DNA of 63,994 nt, counting the filler, from Atractiella rhizophila (lineage: Eukaryota): the NCBI GenBank assembly GCA_021432655.1. It is 3 parts of 3 records of this genome, joined end to end, with 100 filler letters (N's around TTAATTAATTAA, not from the genome) between each part and the next. Parts side by side here need not be neighbours in the genome. Positions count along the whole stretch, not along the records: positions 1 to 31,011 come from MU271704.1; 2 more parts are not named here. One strand, 5' to 3'. Shown one piece after another: positions 12,917-26,246 of this stretch; position 1 is the first letter of the stretch, and each line of letters opens with the position of its first letter. The notes below the pieces were generated by a model, which was not told the origin of the DNA, did not search any database, and saw only the letters and a program-made list of their open reading frames with translations. A program made the position numbers and the translations under genes.

Positions 12917-15900
12917 CTAATCCTCCTCCTCAGACTCATCACCGATGTAGTCCACCTGCTTAGCACTTCCCATTTTCATCCTCTCAATTTCCTTCTCCAG
13001 CTTCCTCTTTCCCCTCTGCGCTTCTTCTTCATTTACCCTCCCAAACAACGCCCTTCTGGCCATTACAAAACTCGCAGGATCGACTCGTTCATTCAGTTCC
13101 TTCACACCAAGATCGTACAGCAGCTGGTCACGTTCCGAAATTGTGTCAGGTGAAGGGGAAGAAAGGCCGGACGAAAGGTCGTAGTGAGAGATAGTGAGGA
13201 GAACGAGCGCGTGAGGTTTTAGGATCTGATACAGGTACCTTAACTGGTCTGCCTTGTCAAGCGTTTCGAAGAAGTCAATCTCTGACAAGTGCTAAGCCGC
13301 TCATCAGTCTTTGACTACCAGCCCAAGCTTTGAGTGGCACTCACCTGCCCTGCTCCAGAGAAAAGCCATTCCTGGAGCCAGCTCTCCGTCTCTTCGCAAA
13401 CCGCGGGCCCAAAGATTGACTCTGCCTTCACAGCGAGATCGTCTGTTGCAGCATCGCGTGCCTTCTTATTATGTTTGTTGGCAAAAAAAGCTTCGTGTTG
13501 TCGATTTGACGGAAGATATTCGTGCTTGATAATGCGCTCGAAAGTTGGGATCGCTGCGTTAAGAACACCTCTCAGATCAGAAACGGAGACCTCAAGACTA
13601 GTTTCCCAGTTGCCCAACTATACGGCGCTCACTGTCAGATTCTGGTAAACAAAACGAAAGGGACGAACTGGGCAGATATCGAATTCCTTTTGAATTGCAG
13701 TGTAGAACATTCTCCTCGTCACCGTCCGCTCGCGCTGCATACACTCGATACGATACTTTGCTTCTCTTCCGTCCTTCCCTGGAATGATATTGAGAAATTG
13801 GCCAGGCCAATAGACTTTCTGATCCCTCAGCAGCACAACCTGTCCTTCCTCCAAGGTTCCGTCGCCTTTATCCATCAACAGCTCTGTCAGCTCTCCCACG
13901 TTGTCCTCGTTTTCGCCTGAGCTGTTCGCAGGACCGTCTCTCACTTCTCCTACAGTAGGATCAATCCCAACATCGGTCCAATCATCATCCCAGACGGTGG
14001 GATCGAAATCTTCCATCCGGGCAGCTTCGAGGAAAGCCGCTTTGAATGAATCCGGGGGAGGGTGACTGGTACTGGAGGACTCGAAGAAGGATTGCTTCGT
14101 GAAGCGTGCTCTCAGGTTATTGGAAGTGGTGGAGTAAGGATGTGACGAGGGTGCTTTGACCCTGAATTCAACTATGGTCTCATGCGATGGATATTCAATG
14201 GACAGCTTTGGATTGTCATTGCTAGAAGTCGGTTAATACTGTCATTGACATCCTGAATGATGTAAACGTACACGTAACTGAGGACCTCTTTATCCGTAGC
14301 ACCGAACAAAGACACCTCAAGAGGTTCTGAAACTGTGACCTGTACTGCCTTTAGCGACATTCGCCAGTTGATGGACTGTCTGCACACCTGGGCTGGCCAC
14401 CAGAAGTCCTCCAGCTTCACAAAGACAAAGGTCCTCGGCAAGAAAACTTCTCTCCTCCATTCTTCCCCCTCCTTTTTCTGTATCCTCTTCTTCGCCTGCT
14501 TCGTTTCCCCCTCCTTCAACTTCCTCCTCTGAGATGGTACACGCTTCCTCTGCGGTCTCCCTTCATCAGCTTCTGAGGAGCTTTCAGCATATGTTTTCCT
14601 CCCCTGACGCCGCGGCCGACCATCGAATCGCTCCTCCTCCTCCATTGGAGGAAGGTCCGGTTTGTGGTTCTGAGGGGATATTTCAAAACTGCTGGTGGGT
14701 TGCGAGGATGGAAAGGTTGACACTGAAGGGGCGGATTGCGTTGCTGGGCGAGAGAAGATGTCAGCAACATCAGGTAAGGATTCTACCCCATGTTTTAGTG
14801 ACAGTGGAGAGTTGAGAGAAAAACGCAAACCATCGTCGGATTCTAATAAGGACAGCCTTGAATGAGTTTTCTCCACGGCGACTTGTGAAGGAACTGTGAG
14901 GCTCTTGAGTTCGGTCCTGGGATCCTCTAGGAGAGGCTCTGCTGCGAGCTTAAGCCGGAAAGGAAGGAGGATACGTAGGGACAGCACGCACCAATCCCTG
15001 TTGAGGCGTAGGGTCCTCCTTTCTTACCACGAGGAGCTTTAGCGGGCTTTAATGTGGAGATCTTCGCTGGATCTTGACGCACGGCCAGCACCTCTTTTGC
15101 CCCAAGCGACTTCCTCTTCTGCAGCCTATTCTTCCCGGGAGCAGGCGCCTTCTTCATCACAACAGCTTCCTTCTCCTCCTCACTCCCTTCAGTTTGAGCG
15201 CTGGGCCGTTTCCTCCCTGCGCGTTTTCTGACCGCCGCAAAGGCATACTCTGCTCCTGTGGGTAATTCCTGTTCCTCCTCCTGATCCAGTTTACGCTTCC
15301 GGCCCCTCTTCCCGGGTGAGGCAGGCTCATCTGCTTCCACCACTGTCTCCGTCTCGCTCTCCTCTACTAACTCCCGCTGCTTAATGGTTGCCTTCCTCGC
15401 TGCCTTCCTCAGAGATCTTGACCGTCGTGCAAGTCCAGCGCCATCCGCGATCTCACCACGGAGGAAACCACCAAGTTCGTGATCTAGTCCATCCATTTCC
15501 ATGCGATGCAGTTTGTCCTGGTTGGGTATAGGAGAAGAAGCGAGAGGAGTAAGCGGCGAGGAATTGGGATCGATAGATACGTCACATCGTCGGGAACGGA
15601 GAGGAACTGAGATGCGGGCTTTCTTTGGCGTCACTGAGGTGTCTTCTCCATCCTTATCTTCTGCTTTACGTTTGTTTGGAGACGCAAGCGGCCGCCTTGG
15701 TGTCCGCAGTTTGGTCAATTTTTCTTCCACACCTTCATCCTCCTCCCCCTCCCCAAGCTTGAGATTCTCCATTTTTCCGCTGGCTCCCATCTTAATCGAT
15801 TTCGACGGACTGGCATCTGCTGCCTCAATATCACCCAAAGAATCCGCACGAATGAAGTCCTTGGGCACCTTTGTGCCTATGCTTAAAGGATCCGGGGAGT

Positions 15901-16133
15901 CGTTGGCGAAAGATGAGTAACTTTGTGAGGACTGTGGAGGTTGAGTAAGCTGTGAGGAGGAGGCAAGGAGATGGTCCTGTCGCCTTTTCGACTTTGGTTT
16001 CTTGGGAACTTCAAGGGACTGAGAGGATTCAGAGAGCAGGTCCAGCTCGTCTCCGGACTCGTCCTGACGTGCCACTCACGCTATTGGCTCCGTTCACAGT
16101 AAGAAATTGGAAAGAACCCACCCAATCTCCCAT
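12917..16133 (-). CDS. Large chromatin-type protein with a basic/acidic disordered N-terminus and two PWWP-like motifs
   Basis: FVFVKLEDFWWPAQV and VVLLRDQKVYWPGQF, plus many NLS-like clusters. Start read as MGDW|DESGDELDLL. Confidence 0.7.
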
Positions 16134-16694
16134 ACTCCTGCGTTCCTTTGCTAGTTCGTGACAGCAAAACAACTCAGCGTTACACGACGAGATCCAATTT
16201 AAACGTCGCTGTAATTCGCGTTAATTCCCTCAAGAGGTGTTAAATCTGCAATAATGCAGGCTAAGGAGGGACTGAGAGTGCTGAGATTGGCGAAAGCAGG
16301 ATAAGCAGGATGAAATGTGGAGACCATCTAGCAGCTTTCACCCTTCTCAACAAACAACCAATTTTGTTGTCACGTGACTGAAATGTGTCTCACAACTGTC
16401 GAAATAAAATAATGTGCATGATCCCGAGATCCCTCGAAATGTCGCCTCTCACTTAATTTCTTTCACTCGCTTCTCGCTACTATGACACGAAAGATTTAGG
16501 ACAAACAAAGGCAACATGATTATTGATGATTGATTCCTATGAACGATTTGAAGCTAGATTTCTTTCACATGCTGGATTGAAGCAAGAAATGTCTTTTTGC
16601 GCGTGAGACTTAAAACATTGATGAACAACGAAACGACGAAGAGACCCAAAAACAATCCACCTATACAAAAACCGCAATCTCGTCCCTAACAACT

Positions 16695-17518
16695 TTAGGT
16701 GAAAATTTCTTGTGCTCGATCTACTCTCCATCGTTGCTCATCTCTTCCCCTGATCGTATCTATCGAATCCGAGCTTGCTCTACGCTCCTCCTTAGCTGCT
16801 CGCGACCAACTCATGTCCGCCAGCATCTTTGCACGGATCTCCAACTCTTTCTGTTGCCTCTGCATCTCCTTCCATTGCCTTCTTTCCTCCTCCTCCCACA
16901 TGAGTTCCTCCTCCCATGCCTCCTCATTCGCCATAATTATGGCCTCCAGATCCTCTCCCGGTAGACGTAGAGTCCAATCGAGAGATCGGAGGAGGGAGAC
17001 TTCCATCTCGTTGATTTCTCCAAGTGAGAAGACGTGCCGGCAAGCGATGCTCCACGATTTCTTCGAGTACGCGTCATCCATTGCCCAGTCGGTTGCGAGG
17101 ACGAGGCAGGAGAAGATGAGACGATGATGAAAGAGGGGCGGCGACGGGAGTGTGGGATCGCATGCAAAATTGACGGCTAGTCGTTTAAGCAGATGGAGGG
17201 CATGGAAGACCGTCGTATTCGGGAGGGCTGTTCGATACAGAATGTAAGCCTAAATGTCACCAGATCAGCCCCTATTCTTGTATAGCGGAAAATTTGTCAA
17301 CTTACAATCCACTCCCTCAATGCTGGAATAGTTTGTGCCTTCGATGTGGAGGCATGGCTGAAAGGCGTCGTCGCCTTAGACTTGTGGAACAGTGACGTGA
17401 CGGTTCTCTCGCAGAGGATCGCGATATCTACCAATCGATTGACTTCTCCATCATCGCTCCAAAGCGGATGGACAAACATCATACCTCTGCGACCGTAATA
17501 CTTGTCAATTCTCGACAT
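16695..17518 (-). CDS. PCL/Pho85-type cyclin (cyclin box)
   Basis: LREWI|AYILYRTALPNTTVFHALHLLKRL, HRLIFSCLVLA, DDAYSKKSW, FSLGEINEMEVSLLRSLDWTL. Confidence 0.85.
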
Positions 17519-18378
17519 CCTAAATATCCTCGTCTGCTGGTGTAGGCTTTTGGCGTTCTGCTTCTGCCTTATATACTGTCTGGGTATACCCAAAGCAACT
17601 GTTCGCGTTCGAAAAGTGGGCCAGGGACTTCAGGAGCCGTTCCTTTTATAACCGTAACGTTGTCGACGTCGACCAAGTCACAGATCTCGAAAAAATCGTA
17701 AGCGCGTCGCGCCGGGTGTCCGCGAGGAACACGGAGCTCACGGAACACTTGAAAATAGTTTAAACCGAAGATGGCAAAACCCTAAACGGCCGTCGGGTTT
17801 GATCGGCCGATGCGTCGAGTGCCCAATCCGAATAAAATGAATGGGTAAAATCAATCGATTACCACCTTGTGGTCTGTGTTCAAGTGATGCCATGGACTGC
17901 CCCTGAAACTCCTTTTGCTCGGAAAAACTTGTCATGATTTTCCTGCCGTGTTCCTGGAGAACGAGTTAACGCACCCAGAACTATACCCCGGAGAAACTTG
18001 ACTGGACTAGCTTGACTGGCCCAACATCCACGACTCGACTTACGCAGCCAATGAGTAAGAACGAGGAGGACTCGACTCAAACATTCTGTGAACTGTGCTC
18101 TTGCTTCGCCCATCCGAGCTCCGCAACGGATCCAATGGACCAGCACGACGTCGCCAAGTCATCTATGAATGAGGCTGAATGAACGAGATGAACTGGCGCC
18201 GTGTTCGTGGGTTGTTGGGGCACGGCACAATCCACGGAGTGTGGAGGAGCCGGGAGATGGCGGAAGGACGTCCGAAGTGTCCAGTGCGTCAGATCCGGTC
18301 AGAACTGAGTCGTCTGAGGGGATATGCTGACTGATGTTCTTGGACAAGCGATACGATGCGATACGGTTACGAGCCAAG

Positions 18379-20038
18379 TCACGTCTCAATCGTGTAGTCA
18401 TCGATATCGATGCCGCCTAGGTGTTTAGTGTGGGGGTCGTGAAGTGGAGGTGTGGAGTTCGGTTGGGTGAGCTTGCGGCTGGCAGTCGGTTGAAAGTGAT
18501 TGAAAAGCTGGGGTAGGAGTGCAGACATTGACTGTTGAAACGGGGCGCAGAGGAGATCCGATCCCTTGAATTCAAAGTGATAGCCAACGTCCATCATGAG
18601 CGACAATCCAAAACCCTTCAACTCCGCTGGTGCCCGAGCACCGTCATTCAGCATCATTCAACGATTGGAAGTTGCTCTATCTGTCAGCCTATCATTCGCA
18701 CGGTGCCAGCTGAATGAAACGGTCAACGTCGAGACTCCGACAGCTCAATTCCGTCCTACGCCAACTCATCAATTGTCTTAGGAAAAGTCAGGAGGAGGGC
18801 GGCAGACCCAGGAAGCGTTGAATGAACCATCCCTGCCTTCCCGATTGCGCTGAAGCTGTAAGCAACCGGAATTGACTGAGCTTCCCTCGGGTAGGAGTTG
18901 CTGAAAGAGAAACTCACCGATATGGTTGCTTTCAGACCTTGCACCTTTAGGTGGATATCAAGGTCTACCAGCTGAGGGAGGGCCGGGGATAGGAGCTGCG
19001 ATTATGATTATCGATGAAACGTGAGCGGTGAGGAGAAACCGCACGAAGGTGATTACTCCTTTTCGTCTACACATGAGGATGAACTCGACGAGCTCCGGTA
19101 AGTTCACTTCTTTGGCATCGACATCGACCAGAACCCAGTGAATATCTTGCTTCTCCTGAAGGACTACTCGAGCATCCCACCCTGCGACTTCTACTCGATC
19201 GAGGACTCTGGCAGCAAAATTATAGATTGCTTCGTCGTCTGGCGTCGGGGAAGGCTGAAAGGATACAGGAAATCTCCGTTGTAAAATATCGAAGCAGAGA
19301 CTGGCAGGGAAAGATGAAGATGGGCCAACGTAGAAGGCCTTGAAAGTTTGTGAAGAGATGAGAGATTGGAGGACGCAGGACAGCACTAACTGGACCGTCA
19401 TCAATCATAAGGCGTGTATTGAAGACGGCATTGATCGAAAATGTATTTCAGGACCGCTCAAAACGCATAAAGAGAAGAGACAGGAACAAGAGGCTGGAGG
19501 GACGTCATCCGGCATTGAACCTTTGCTCTGCTCCAATGAAGTTGAAGTTGAATCGAAGTGAGCGTAACGTGACGAGCCACTTTCGGGCCTCACAAACCGG
19601 AGCCTCTGCTCCGATGAGAGACAGGACTACTTCCCCGGCTGGCGCTATAGCGACTCCACGATGGAAAGAGACTCGGAGGGCAGCAAACATAAGAGTTTCG
19701 CCTTGATATTAATACGTTAACAGCCTGAAGGACCAAGACTGGAGGTCCCATGCAGCTGTATTGGCAAAGCTGTAAAGGCATCCTTCATGTTCGAAAAGAG
19801 CCACACAGGCAGTACAAGCACAAGGAGGTGTAAAGCAAAGAACAGAACATACCGATGCGCCTACTCCCCTGTCTCCAATAATGTTTATCACTCGACCTCG
19901 CCTCCATCCTCCATGTAAGCATTTATCCAATCCCCCAAATCCCGTACTCCACACGAACTCTTCTCGCTCCATCTCTTCCTCCAAGGTTTGCAAGCCATTC
20001 AGCCCTTTTGCTGGCCGCACTTCAGAACTTGAATCCAT
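18379..20038 (-). CDS. RecA/Rad51-paralogue-like protein; exon structure and 3' end uncertain
   Basis: First exon WSTGFGGLDKCLHGGWRRGRVINIIGDRGVGAS matches the Rad51-family STG..LD.LLGGG..G.I.E..G pattern. Downstream ORF pieces were not confidently joined. Confidence 0.55.
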
Positions 20039-21027
20039 CCCGAGTGTGTTGTCGCTTTCAAGACGATTTTATGTTGAGATGGGCCGACTAGGAGGTTGTT
20101 GATGTTGGGAGTTTGCTCAAGGGTTTGTCCGAGTTTGGACAGAGTCGGAGATTCCTCTTTAGGCTCCTAGCTTGAATAAAGTGAACAACTGAGGTTTCGT
20201 GTTGCCTGTCATCATGTCATCTATCATTGGAGTTCGAGCAGAAAGATCCAACAACCCTTAAAGGAGCAGTGAGAACTGTATCATACTTTGTGGGGTCATC
20301 AGAGCTGTTTCTGGATTGCATCTAGATTGTACAAAGGCCCACCATATTTGCTGCCTATTGGATTTCCTTATTTCCATGAAAGGAGAGCTCAGGAACTATC
20401 TCTTCAGCCTTGTCAAATAAGGCTTTCATCTGGACAAATCCCCATGTCCCACTTACTAGTACCAGTGAGAGCGTTGGGCGTTGAGCATTGAGGAAGTGGC
20501 CAAAGACATGTTTACAATGTGATCTTGGACAGTCTTGACTGGGGCCTTCAACGAATGAGCGCGCTCACGATGTCCTTGTGAGTATTTGAATCTCTCTTAC
20601 ATTCAGCCAGTTTCAAAAGATAGAACTGCGGTATTGCTTGTCATGCCTTACATCTTCCCCTTTTGTAAGATCACAGGTCAAAGAACCTGACATCCATCGC
20701 AGCACCGCATCCAGCTGAGTTTTTCTGGCTGTCCTCAAGATCTTGTTACGCTCGACGTTTCAATCATCTCTAACCTTTCTAGGCTTCCGGTCATCAACTC
20801 GGTTTCTTGCATTGCACGTCCTTGGTAAGAGCGAAAGCTCCAGGTTCTGATGGTTAACTTACCGGAGGGAGATTAGAGCTTTTCTTGCCTGACCTTACAA
20901 AAGGAAGTATCCTTCAACTTTCTGCGAGAGATGATTCTACAGAGTCGATCATTATTAGGACAAGGACGTGAGAACCATTCTGCAGCAGATTTGCGTCCTG
21001 TTTCAGATACGGTGCGGGTTCACTTCC

Positions 21028-21245
21028 CATAACGGCTATCACTGCGAGGGCACAACCTTCTCAAAACCTGTCGGAAGCCTGCAGTGTAGTGCGAATTACG
21101 GACAATGGGGGATAAGTATTGGATGGGGACGACCTGTTGTCAAGACGGATGGATATGCGTCGCTTCTGGCGAGTTTTCATGACGAGAAGGAGGGGTCGAT
21201 TGGCTGAAGGGACAGGCGACTGCTTTTCACAATGCTTGGATATAA
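21028..21245 (+). pseudogene. Decayed fragment of the tandem-CBM1 3' end of the gene at 22611-24089
   Basis: CATAACGGCTATCACTGCGAGGG...TGTAGTGCGAATTACGGACA...CAAGACGGATGG...GGCGACTGCTTTTCACAATGCTTGGAT aligns by eye to ~23848-24083, including the intron position, with indels. Confidence 0.85.
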
Positions 21246-22610
21246 CGACTTAATTCTTCGAGCGTTTCAACCTCTCCTCTCCGCTTCGATTCATACCATG
21301 GATCTTATATTGTTGTAACGCCCTCATTATGCACTGGCATCTTGGATCGCGTGTAGCTAGAGAGTGCTCAGTGTCATTATCCACGTATTCCTCAGGGCAG
21401 AAACAATTTTATCTTTCCTTTCATCAGGGGCGCTCGCAGGTTGTGAGTGGATAAGAAATATGATGTTAGCTGAAAGCTCATAGAAGTTATCAGTCAGCTC
21501 TCCCCGGATGGACGCGATGAGAAGGTTCCGTAAGCTCCTCTTAGTTTGGCGACTTGGGATGAGGAATTCTATTGCCATCTGAAGAGCATCATGACGCTCC
21601 TCAGCCTGCAAAAAGAGCCAGTCATCTCCTCACGCGCTCCTATCAGACCTTGCGCAGCTGCAGCGTATATGTACTACGCAACGCAATATTCACTCAACAA
21701 AAACTGGTCGTGGTCGTACGCTGTCACCATCCATCCATCTTTCTCTGAGACTTACTTCCGCCAAGTTCGTTCATGACTTCTGGCCCCAAGAAAAAAAGAA
21801 CTTGAATGCTCCCTCCTACGACGATTTCAATAAGGAGGTCACAAATATTCTCTCCGAAACCAAGAACCAGGGTCTGACGACGTTGACGGAACGTGCTCTC
21901 GCAGATGATATGTCGAGCCGACTCCAGCCCAATGGAGCAAATGTCTCCGCCGCGACCGTAACCCAGCACACCTAATAACTAGAAGTTCATTCGTTCGTTT
22001 CGCGAAGTGGATCATGCTTCAGTACTTTGGTTTTCTCGAGTCTCTTGGTGCAATTTCTGTAACATTGAATGAATATCTGTTGAGTTCTACTCCTTCCATT
22101 CAAAGGAAGCACTGGTCCTGTTGCCTCTTTATCAATGGCTCAAACGCTGAGGCATTCCTTTGAGGTGTTGATGCCCGAGTTTCCGCATAGAAGCAAAAGA
22201 AACCGAACTCGGAATGACGACAGCTTCTCTTCCTCCAGCCGTTTCTGGTGCCTAAGCGACCCGTAATTTGGCGTCCCGGCAGTTCGCATACCTTCTTAGC
22301 AGCCCCGTCAATCGCGTGCTTGCGCTGGAAAGGCCAGCCTTGCTTCGATACAGTTCATGCTTAGCAGTTCTACCGATCCAATCCAGGTTCTTGATGCCCT
22401 CAGTGCTCAGCACGTAATCGTGAGATGCGTGTGGGAAGAAGGTATGTTATTCGCTGGTTCTGTGTTAATTATTGACTATACAAGTCGTTACTCAGTTCAC
22501 GGGCGAAATCTGACCCAATAGCTGTGGTCTATAAAATCCACACGTCTTGTTGAAGAATCTCTATTCCTTTGGTTTGTCAGCTTCCTTCGTCTCTGTATTT
22601 ATCGCCAATA

Positions 22611-24089
22611 ATGCTTGTCTCTCTTTCCGCGATAATTCTCTCATCCGCTGCTCTCCTTGCGGAAGCAGCACTCCCAAAAAACGAGCGTCAACTCGCCGGT
22701 GCAAACATTGGGTCCTTCTTGAACGAGAAAGACGCATGGGGGTTCGATGATTTGGGAAAGGAGGTTGACACAGGTGCTCATGTGAACAACCGTATGTCTT
22801 ATCTTCATTTAACGAAAAGCGAGTTGACGAGAACTCTTGACAGTTGGTGAGGAAAGGATAAGGAGAAATCAGTATTCTCCTCGCAATGGCCACGCGAGAC
22901 AAGGTCAATATCATCAGGAATGGAAGCGTGGTAAACCATCCATGACCACGACCTCTCCGCCCCCTGCCGCAACGTGCCCTGGTACGTGGACTGGTACAAC
23001 CTGCAACTCTGGTGGTGTCAGTATACCGTTCTCCTCGCCTTATCGATCCACTTCTTACCTATGTGTAACTGTAGGGATCAGACGGCTGCACTCCGTATAC
23101 CATTGGGAACACTTGCTCCAATGGCATCAATGGATTAACTCTTCCCCCTGGCAAGACGTTCTCGGATGGTGGGCATGTGAATTATCAGGTGTGTGCTTCC
23201 TGCTCTCTTTCAGGAACACGCTAATGCCAGTGGACAGGCAATTCCTTGCAGTCAATACAAATGTGGACAAACCTACAAGTCTAATTCAGGTTGGACTCCA
23301 GCGTGAGCTTCATTCCATCCTTAGCCAGGATAGTTACTGATGGGTTCATTGGGCAATGTGAGCCAGTTCATTTGGCACCCACTTCGAATCTTTGAACAAT
23401 CAGCCGAGTGGCAAATACATTGGAAAGTCATGCTACGATTTCTCAGGTGCATACAACTACTTCGGAGGCAGCTATTGTGTTACTTGGGTCCAGGTTGGTC
23501 TTCCTTCTGCCCCAGGATTGATGAATGAATGTTTGTTTTTTAGAGCTCCGACTACAATCAGCATTGGGGAGAAGGCGGCCAACCGCCAGTGTGCCAGAAT
23601 TGTCAGTGCGAATGTGGTATGTAGCTTCCTTCTTACTCAATTCCAGGTGCTGAAATTGGTTTCAGAGGGACAAGTCACCTACAATAAGGAAGCAGTAGTG
23701 AAAGTGGACAACGCACAATTTACTACTTCGGCGCGAACTACTGCCACCGCGACTGCCACCAAAACCACCGCAGCTTCTGCTCCGACGCCGACGGTTGGTG
23801 CCTACCTTCAATGCGGTGGACTGCTTTACAGCGGTCCAACAACGTGTCATAACGGCTACCATTGCGAAGGAACGAGCCTTCTCAAAACCTGTGTCCCCAA
23901 CGTCGGGAAGCTGCAATGTAGTGCGAATTATGGACAGTGCGGAGGCAAAGGTTGGTTAGGAACAACCTGCTGCCAAGATGGATGGACGTGTGTCGCCTCT
24001 GGTGAGCTTCCTCTCTCCCATCGGCAGAAGAAGAAACTGATGGGTTCATGGGGATAGGCGACTATTTCTCACAGTGTTTGGATGTGTAA
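22611..24089 (+). CDS. Secreted protein: signal peptide, propeptide with RR/KR sites, unassigned Cys/His domain, Thr-rich linker, two CBM1 modules
   Basis: Signal MLVSLSAIILSSAALLAEA. CBM1 #1 YLQCGGLLYSGPTTCHNGYHC; CBM1 #2 YGQCGGKGWLGTTCCQDGWTCVASG|DYFSQCL. Canonical introns give one open frame. Confidence 0.88.
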
Positions 24090-24750
24090 TCACCCGACAA
24101 AGCTCCCATGGGAGACGGGTGCTCCATCATTGTTATTCTTCAAGTTCTTTTTGTCTTGGGCTCGGGTGCACAGTTGTTCTTTTCCTGTCTGTCTTTCACA
24201 TCATTCTCATTCACATCATGGACTTTCTGGCGTCGTGGATTGCCATTCTCGAATCGTCAGTAGATTCGGCCTACTCATTGTCATCATTCTCACCCTCTTT
24301 GAATTGAATCATCCTTTCTTTACCATTCGTGTCCTCAACACCGTCCAGTCCACCGCTTTTTGCAGGTTACAAGGCTTAAAAGAAGCATCTCAAATGAAAT
24401 GATCCAGGAACGTGTTCGATCGCGTTCAGTCCCGTGATCTCAAAACTTTGGGGCACCAGTTCCAACTCAACCTCGAAACGACCATTCTCAGCGGCAACTG
24501 CGTCTTCTCAGCTCCTCTGTGCCCTCCACGCCAACACAGTACTCAAAAGGAGGACAAAGTACATACTCTTTCGGTACGAACGGGAGTTAGTGGCTTAGAC
24601 TCTCTCGACATCCATTTTGTTGCATCAGATATTATTAAATACCAAGCTTCTCGTCCTCTAGGGTTCTCGGTTGTGTATTGAAGGTTCATAAGGAAGGAGT
24701 TGCATAAAGTGTGTTAGAAGCGTATCTAGACAGAAGGGAATTCAAAGACG

Positions 24751-26056
24751 ATGCATTTTGAATCTCTTATTCACCTTCAGGGCAGAGACCCTTCGACAGG
24801 GTTGTATGGCCAAAGCATTGTACGTTCTTCCTTATTGCTTAATGAAGAGTTAAGGGAGATGGAAGTGTCTAAGTTACCTGTGCTGATGTGCTTATGATGT
24901 GGGTTTGGATGCAATCTAGTCCGATATTCCTTTTGTCTTCGCTTGGGTCCTCTACTTCACTATTCTCCGAGAGCTCGTCATGAGACTCCTGTTTACTCCA
25001 CTGGCACGATTTTGTGGGATTCAAGCACCAGGAAAACAACTTCGCTTTGCGGAGCAGGGGTGGATTTTAGTATATCCCGTCTGCAGCTGGTCTTTGGGAC
25101 TGGTGAGTTTTTCTGCCTTGCTTGCTACCTACCAGACAGAAGGCTGAAGCGCGCTGTTGTCGGCGCTGGAACGGATTAGTACATTATGCAGACGTCTCCC
25201 TGGAAAAACTTCAACACCCGCGAATATTGGGACCGGTATCCCTACGACAAACTTCCGTGGCTGCAGAAGTGGTACTATCTCGTTCAAACAGGCTTCTGGA
25301 TCCAACAGCTCATTGTACTGAACATGGAGAAGAAGCGAAAGGACTATCCACACATGCTACTCCATCACATCATAACCATCACCCTTCTTTCTCTCTCCTA
25401 CTGCTGTAACATCACCCCTGTCGGGAATGCTATACTGGTATGCATGGACCTGTGCGATATTTTTCTTCCGGTTCGTTTTCTCCGCCCCTCTCCGTCTTGT
25501 TGTATCATGAATATCGATACATGGGTGAACAGGCAGCCAAACTCTTCCGATATGCCAATCTGAGAACCCTATGCGACGCCTTCTTCGCCATCTTCGCTGT
25601 TTCCTGGGTCTTGACCCGACACGTCCTATATGGACGCCTTCTGTATTCCGCAGTAATCGAAGCAAAACAAAGGATTCCTTACGAATGGGATCCCGCCAAG
25701 GCCTATTTCTTCAACTCCTCTGTCCACAGGATCTTTTCTGGACTTCTCATATTCCTTCAAGTTCTCTTGCTGGGATGGCTTTACTTTTTGGTCGTCGCAG
25801 TGAAAAAGGCAATTACTGGAGAGGGATTAGAGGATGTGAGGAGCGACGATGAAGAGTACGTCTCCCTTTATTGCTTACTCCGGATCTCTTTCGCATCATG
25901 GCACCGACTAACCTCTGTCTTCACAGTGAGGAGGATGAAGAAGAGGAAGTGGAGCGTCAATCGAAGGAATCAAAGAGCAAGAAAGCTATCCAGTCTGCTC
26001 CAGTTGGGCGACAAGGAACTAAGACCGAGCTACGAGAGAGAAGAAAGAAGTCTTGA
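24751..26056 (+). CDS. Ceramide synthase (LAG1/LAC1, TLC domain); 5' end uncertain
   Basis: RFAEQGW, KWYYLVQTGFWIQQ, EKKRKDYPHMLLHHIIT (Lag1 motif), MDLCDIFL, EDVRSDDE, C-terminal RRKKS*. Confidence 0.92.
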
Positions 26057-26246
26057 TGAAGATTATTGCAGTTGCAGACGTGGACTTTTAGGCTGCTGTT
26101 TTGCTGTTCGGGTTTGGGTGTGCATAAATTAGAGGAAGAAGAAATTATTAGCAGTCGTTTTCCGTGATGTTCTCGACGGTAATGAGGGATGAACACGTGT
26201 GAATGTTGACAGATTGAACCATCCCAAAATACATTGGCAACACGAA

